This document shows, in pieces, positions 59,868 through 64,000 of a DNA stretch of 64,000 nucleotides. The DNA is from Nitrosopumilus sp. (lineage in GTDB: Archaea > Thermoproteota > Nitrososphaeria > Nitrososphaerales > Nitrosopumilaceae), in NCBI GenBank assembly GCA_965205425.1, contig CBDBGZ010000009.1:544001-608000 (forward strand), in the 5' to 3' direction. Numbering within the stretch: position 1 is the stretch's first letter; each line of letters begins with the position of its first letter. The translations under genes were made by a program, and so were the position numbers. A model generated the notes under the pieces. It was given only the letters and a program-made list of their open reading frames with translations. It did no database searches and was not told the origin of the DNA.

Positions 59868-60071
59868 TATAATCTCCCCGACATGGGTAAAACGAATATG
59901 GATATAACTGATTCCACAATTTTTTCTTAAAGCTCGGTTCAAAAATATTGACACCACTACTATGAAGTTCATACTGGCGTAAGATCTATAACAGTTGACG
60001 ATGATCGCGATATCTGAAACTGATCAAAAAGTTTTGAAAAATGATCGGAATTAGTTTTTCATTTACGATTT

Positions 60072-62246
60072 TCAGACAACATAAGGTGACTTACACTTTG
60101 GACACTTGTCATCAAATGGTTCATCTTTGAAACCACATTCACCACAAATTGCAGTATGTCTTACAGGTTTGAAAGAATGTGCAAGTTCTGATGTTTTCTC
60201 AATGGATTTTTTGATATCCTCAACCTTTGCATCTTTATCAATATCTAATGTTACTAATAATCCGCCATTAAGTAATTTTGAGAGTTTGTTACACTCAGAG
60301 ATTGGCTCACTCTTGTTAGTATAATCAAAAACTTCTGAAGCATTAACTATGATTCCTTGGGAATAGAATTCAGTATCCATTGAGTTTAGGCTGGAATTTT
60401 TACCATATTTTTCACCATCAAGAGTAGCAAAACGAACAGAGCCTTCAGTATTAGTCATGGAAATAGCCACTGTGTCGCCTAATTCTTTGCCTTTTTTGGC
60501 TCCAACGTCTACGGCTGTTTCAATGACTTTGTGTAGAATATCCCTGCCTTCTTTATTGTCTTGGAATCCAAGTATGTTAAAGACAGCCTCTTTGAGGCCC
60601 ACTAAATTTACTACAAGGGATACAGAGCTTCTTTGCATGTATTGGGTATTCTTTGCAAGAATAGGGTTAAGTCCTCTTCGAGTTAAATCTGAGATTTCTT
60701 TCTTTCTTAATGCCATTGAAGCTAAAGCTGGTTTCATTAACAAAGCTAGTCTTGCTCTAAAATAAGTCTCATCTTTGTTTGATTCAAAGGCTAATCTTGG
60801 AAGGTTAATTGAAACTGATTGTAAGGTAATTGAAAGAGGACCAGAGGTTTTTGTAGATCCATTTGTGATACCATAACTAGATGTTTGACCTTTAGCAAAC
60901 ATTACTTTTCCCCCAAGAGAAATTATTTCAGATGCTGCTTGTGATACATCAGTTATCTTTCCTTTATCAGCATCAATTATCAAACCAATTTTTGGAATTG
61001 GAGTAATTTTTGTATAATTTTTGTATGCATTAATAATTGAATTAATTATTTTTGTATCAGTTCCTAATTGTAAACGGATTGAAACGTTGGTACTAGTTTT
61101 ATTATATTTTGCAGTTGTAGATGCTGTAGCAAAAGCCTCAGTTAATTTTTCTTCAAGTTCTGGAAGTGATTTTGAATGTTTCGTAAATAATGCAACTAAT
61201 CCATCAAGTACAATCTCTTGAGAAGCTTCTTTTGAAAGAAGAGCAATAATAATAGATAATGCACTAGTGATCTCACCTAATTGTTTTGATGCAGGAATTC
61301 TTGATACATCTAGATATTTTCCACCAAGTTCAATTCCATCATCAATTAATTCTTTAACGTTAACAAATATTGTATCAGGAATCATGGACCAAATTCCAGG
61401 ATTAGAAATGTGCAAGTCTCCAGATAAATGTGAATCAGCTACATCTTTAGGTAAAACATTTGTAAGAAGATGTTCAGCAAATACTCTTTGACCTGTGTTA
61501 AACAAAAGACCTTCAGCACCATTATCTACATTATCTAAATTAGATATCATCTCTTGAACATCATAAACAGGTATGCCTAGGCGTGCGAGTTTGTTTCTAT
61601 ATTCCTCGTGACCGTGCTCAAGCAGGACAGAATTAACCATTTCACGAATTAATGCACCTGTAAGATAGGTAGTCTGATATTTGTAAATTCTATTTTCAAC
61701 TTCTTCAGTAATTTTTTGTGCAAGTTCTAATGGAAGGCTTCCTTCACGAACTAATGATTGAATAATTTTGTGTGAGTTAAATTCTTCAATAGATTCAGAG
61801 GATGTTCTAACATACATTTTTCCACTTTCAATAATTGATCTTTCTTCAATTTGTCTTGCTAAACTTAAAACAAGTTTTCCAAGATTTGTAATGGTGTAAC
61901 GTCTTTCTGATTTGTTTAAAGCAACAAGTGATTGTCTAAGTAATTTTCTCAAGTGGTATGCAAATTTCCCACTTTCTTTTTTTGATTTGAATCCGGCAAG
62001 TGATTTTAATTCTGAATAAGTTAATGGACCTTTAGAATTTAAGATTCTAAGGATATCAATTCTGTTTGGACTTGCCATGACAGAAAATATCATTCTTACA
62101 CGTTTTGAGGTAGATTGTAAGATTCCACCTCGTTTTGGATCTGAATCATCTTCGTCGCCATCTAGATCTATATTCAATTCAGAATCATCGTCTAGATCAG
62201 CATTAACGTCTAGATCTAATTCTAAATCTTCTTCGGTTTGTTTCAC
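60072..62246 (-). CDS. ArsR-type wHTH + ATP cone + NrdD-like fold protein lacking the glycyl-radical loop
   Basis: SPNRIDILRIL...FAYHLRKL wHTH; ATP cone; H.SGDLHI and SINLPR motifs; ends right after the CGEC..CPKC zinc ribbon. Confidence 0.85.
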   Translation of the reverse strand: MKQTEEDLELDLDVNADLDDDSELNIDLDGDEDDSDPKRGGILQSTSKRVRMIFSVMASPNRIDILRILNSKGPLTYSELKSLAGFKSKKESGKFAYHLRKLLRQSLVALNKSERRYTITNLGKLVLSLARQIEERSIIESGKMYVRTSSESIEEFNSHKIIQSLVREGSLPLELAQKITEEVENRIYKYQTTYLTGALIREMVNSVLLEHGHEEYRNKLARLGIPVYDVQEMISNLDNVDNGAEGLLFNTGQRVFAEHLLTNVLPKDVADSHLSGDLHISNPGIWSMIPDTIFVNVKELIDDGIELGGKYLDVSRIPASKQLGEITSALSIIIALLSKEASQEIVLDGLVALFTKHSKSLPELEEKLTEAFATASTTAKYNKTSTNVSIRLQLGTDTKIINSIINAYKNYTKITPIPKIGLIIDADKGKITDVSQAASEIISLGGKVMFAKGQTSSYGITNGSTKTSGPLSITLQSVSINLPRLAFESNKDETYFRARLALLMKPALASMALRKKEISDLTRRGLNPILAKNTQYMQRSSVSLVVNLVGLKEAVFNILGFQDNKEGRDILHKVIETAVDVGAKKGKELGDTVAISMTNTEGSVRFATLDGEKYGKNSSLNSMDTEFYSQGIIVNASEVFDYTNKSEPISECNKLSKLLNGGLLVTLDIDKDAKVEDIKKSIEKTSELAHSFKPVRHTAICGECGFKDEPFDDKCPKCKSPYVV

Positions 62247-62359
62247 TGATGTTTCTAAAATTAATGCAGTAAATAAGACTTGTGACTAGAACATTATTTC
62301 ATATTCTTGATCAGATTTTTTTGAAAATGGGAAAATGATCTTTAAAGAAGATCAATTAG

Positions 62360-62521
62360 TTATTTCTCTTGTACATCAAGTGAAAATTCTGATGTAGATA
62401 GTTTCTGTCCACATGATGGACATTTGCCATTTGATGGATTTAGTACATCTTTTAGAGATTTTAACATTTTCATGTTTGTGATCTTTTTTCCACATTTACC
62501 ACAGGTTATTTCTACTGACAT
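62360..62521 (-). CDS. Small zinc-ribbon protein (53 aa), not in the ORF track
   Basis: MSVEITCGKCG...KCPSCGQKL. Confidence 0.8.
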   Translation of the reverse strand: MSVEITCGKCGKKITNMKMLKSLKDVLNPSNGKCPSCGQKLSTSEFSLDVQEK

Positions 62522-62590
62522 GAATAGATCAGATATGTAAAATAATTAAGAAAAGATTTTGATTTTTTTTAATAATTCAAGCAAATTATT

Positions 62591-62956
62591 TTACTGTTTT
62601 TCGATGAGAATTCCGCGTTCGTCAAAACCAGCAATTTTTGCTCTTGTTCCAACAGGAAGATCAGCCGGAGTAGCAATATTTGGCATAAATCCAGATATCC
62701 TCAAATCTGTGTTATCTACTTGCATGACAACAAAGGCATATGGAGTATATTTCTCAAAGCCAGCAGGAGCTACCGTGATTATAGTATAAGTGGCAACTGA
62801 GCCTACACCATCTAAAATAGTATCCTCAAATCCCTTACTCCCACATTTTATACAATAATACGCTGTAGACAAATGAAGAAATCCACATTCAGTACATTTG
62901 TGAGTTAAGAGTTTGCCTTCTTTGGCATAATCAATTAGTTGTTCTTCAATAGTCAT
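62591..62956 (-). CDS. DUF35 family Zn-ribbon/OB-fold thiolase partner
   Basis: KCTECG...CIKCG and G.V.TYTII.VAP.GF..PY motifs; adjacent to the thiolase. Confidence 0.9.
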   Translation of the reverse strand: MTIEEQLIDYAKEGKLLTHKCTECGFLHLSTAYYCIKCGSKGFEDTILDGVGSVATYTIITVAPAGFEKYTPYAFVVMQVDNTDLRISGFMPNIATPADLPVGTRAKIAGFDERGILIEKQ

Positions 62957-62957
62957 C

Positions 62958-64000
62958 TTACACACTTTGGAATACATGAACAGCACAACTTGCACCTGTT
63001 GCACCAAAGTTATGAGTTAAACCAATTTTTGCATCTTTAACAGTTCTGTCACCGGCTTTTCCAGTTAGTTGATCAAATACTTCTACTACTTGTCCAACAC
63101 CTGTTGCACCAATTGGATGTCCTTTTGATTTTAGACCACCTGATGGATTAATTGAAATATCAGAATTTAATTTTGTTCTACCTTCACGAACAGCTTGAAT
63201 ACCTTGTCCTTTATCAAAGAATCCCAAGTCTTCAGTGTCAACAACTTCTGCAATTGTAAAACAATCATGTACTTCTGCAAAGTCAACATCTTTTGCAGTG
63301 ATACCTGCCATTTTGTATGCATCTGCTACTGCAAGTTTTGTACTAGGAATTGTTGTCATGTGTTCACGTCCTTGTAATGCAGCAGGTGAACCACCTCTAC
63401 CAGAACCAATTACTTCAACATAGTCACCACCATGTTCTTTTGCAAATTTTTCAGAACAAAGAATTACAGAGCTTGCACCATCAGAGAATGGGCAGCAATC
63501 ATAAAGTTTTAGTGGACTTGCAACTACTGCAGATTTCATTACATCATCAACTGTAATTTTCTTTTGCATGTGTGCTTTTGGATTAAGAACACCGTTATCA
63601 TGATTCTTTACTGCAACTGCTGCAAAATCTTCTTCAGTTGCATCAAACTCTGTCAAGTAAGCTCTTGCCATTGATGCAAACAAACCTGGAAATGATGCAC
63701 CAGCTTGGCCTTCATAGAAAAAGTCAGAACAATATGCAAAGTAAGTTGTAGTCCATTCAGTTCCAGTGTGAGTTACTTTTTCAACGCCGGTAACAACAAG
63801 ACAATCATAAAATCCAGCTGCAACATTGGCATATGCCTCTCTAAAAGATACAGAGCCACTGCCACATGCAGACTCTATTGTTAGTGATGGTTTATCAGGA
63901 ATTCCTAATCTACTCATTAAGACAGGACCAATATGGACTTGTTTGTCAGCTACGCCGAAAACGTTTGAAATGTAAGATGCTTGGATGTCTTTTGGAGATA
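62958..64000 (-). CDS. Thiolase (acetyl-CoA C-acetyltransferase), 5' end outside the window
   Basis: ESACGSG, EVHDCFT and KGHPIGATG motifs; frame is open to the window edge. Confidence 0.94.
   Translation of the reverse strand, partial: SPKDIQASYISNVFGVADKQVHIGPVLMSRLGIPDKPSLTIESACGSGSVSFREAYANVAAGFYDCLVVTGVEKVTHTGTEWTTTYFAYCSDFFYEGQAGASFPGLFASMARAYLTEFDATEEDFAAVAVKNHDNGVLNPKAHMQKKITVDDVMKSAVVASPLKLYDCCPFSDGASSVILCSEKFAKEHGGDYVEVIGSGRGGSPAALQGREHMTTIPSTKLAVADAYKMAGITAKDVDFAEVHDCFTIAEVVDTEDLGFFDKGQGIQAVREGRTKLNSDISINPSGGLKSKGHPIGATGVGQVVEVFDQLTGKAGDRTVKDAKIGLTHNFGATGASCAVHVFQSV

Noticed and set aside
59868..60071. Cobalamin riboswitch upstream of nrdJ, or an intein in nrdJ
   Set aside because: No recognisable B12-box or stem pattern; no intein motifs or excess length in the protein.
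1709..63556. Many short antisense or nested ORFs in the six-frame track
   Set aside because: They are shadows of well-supported genes and carry no motifs of their own.

Overview
AT-rich chromosome segment of an ammonia-oxidising archaeon, Nitrosopumilus-like by gene content and protein sequences. The backbone is housekeeping: guaA, thermosome, rpl44e/rps27e/rps19e, cobalamin and riboflavin clusters, asd, ctaB, nac, hflX, tfe, tRNA-Gly(TCC), nep1, nrdJ and a thiolase. Two near-identical IS630 copies are present, one disrupting a secreted-protein gene. The main accessory feature is a ~12.9 kb integrated element (42519-55389) bounded by a 13-bp direct repeat that spans the nep1 stop codon and the presumed tRNA-Gly TATA box. 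It carries two tyrosine recombinases, hicB plus a frameshifted hicA, an IS5-family element, an AGCT-dense non-coding array, and a type I R-M locus. In that locus hsdR-hsdM lie between two oppositely oriented, individually incomplete hsdS genes that share perfect inverted repeats (273, 55, 47, 38 and 25 bp), which suggests an invertible, phase-variable specificity shufflon in an archaeon. Also notable: a wHTH-ATP-cone-NrdD-fold protein without a glycyl-radical loop next to nrdJ, with a shared GATC-containing motif upstream of both genes, and several genes that appear to need non-canonical start codons. All comparisons were made by eye; family names come from recalled motifs, not database searches.
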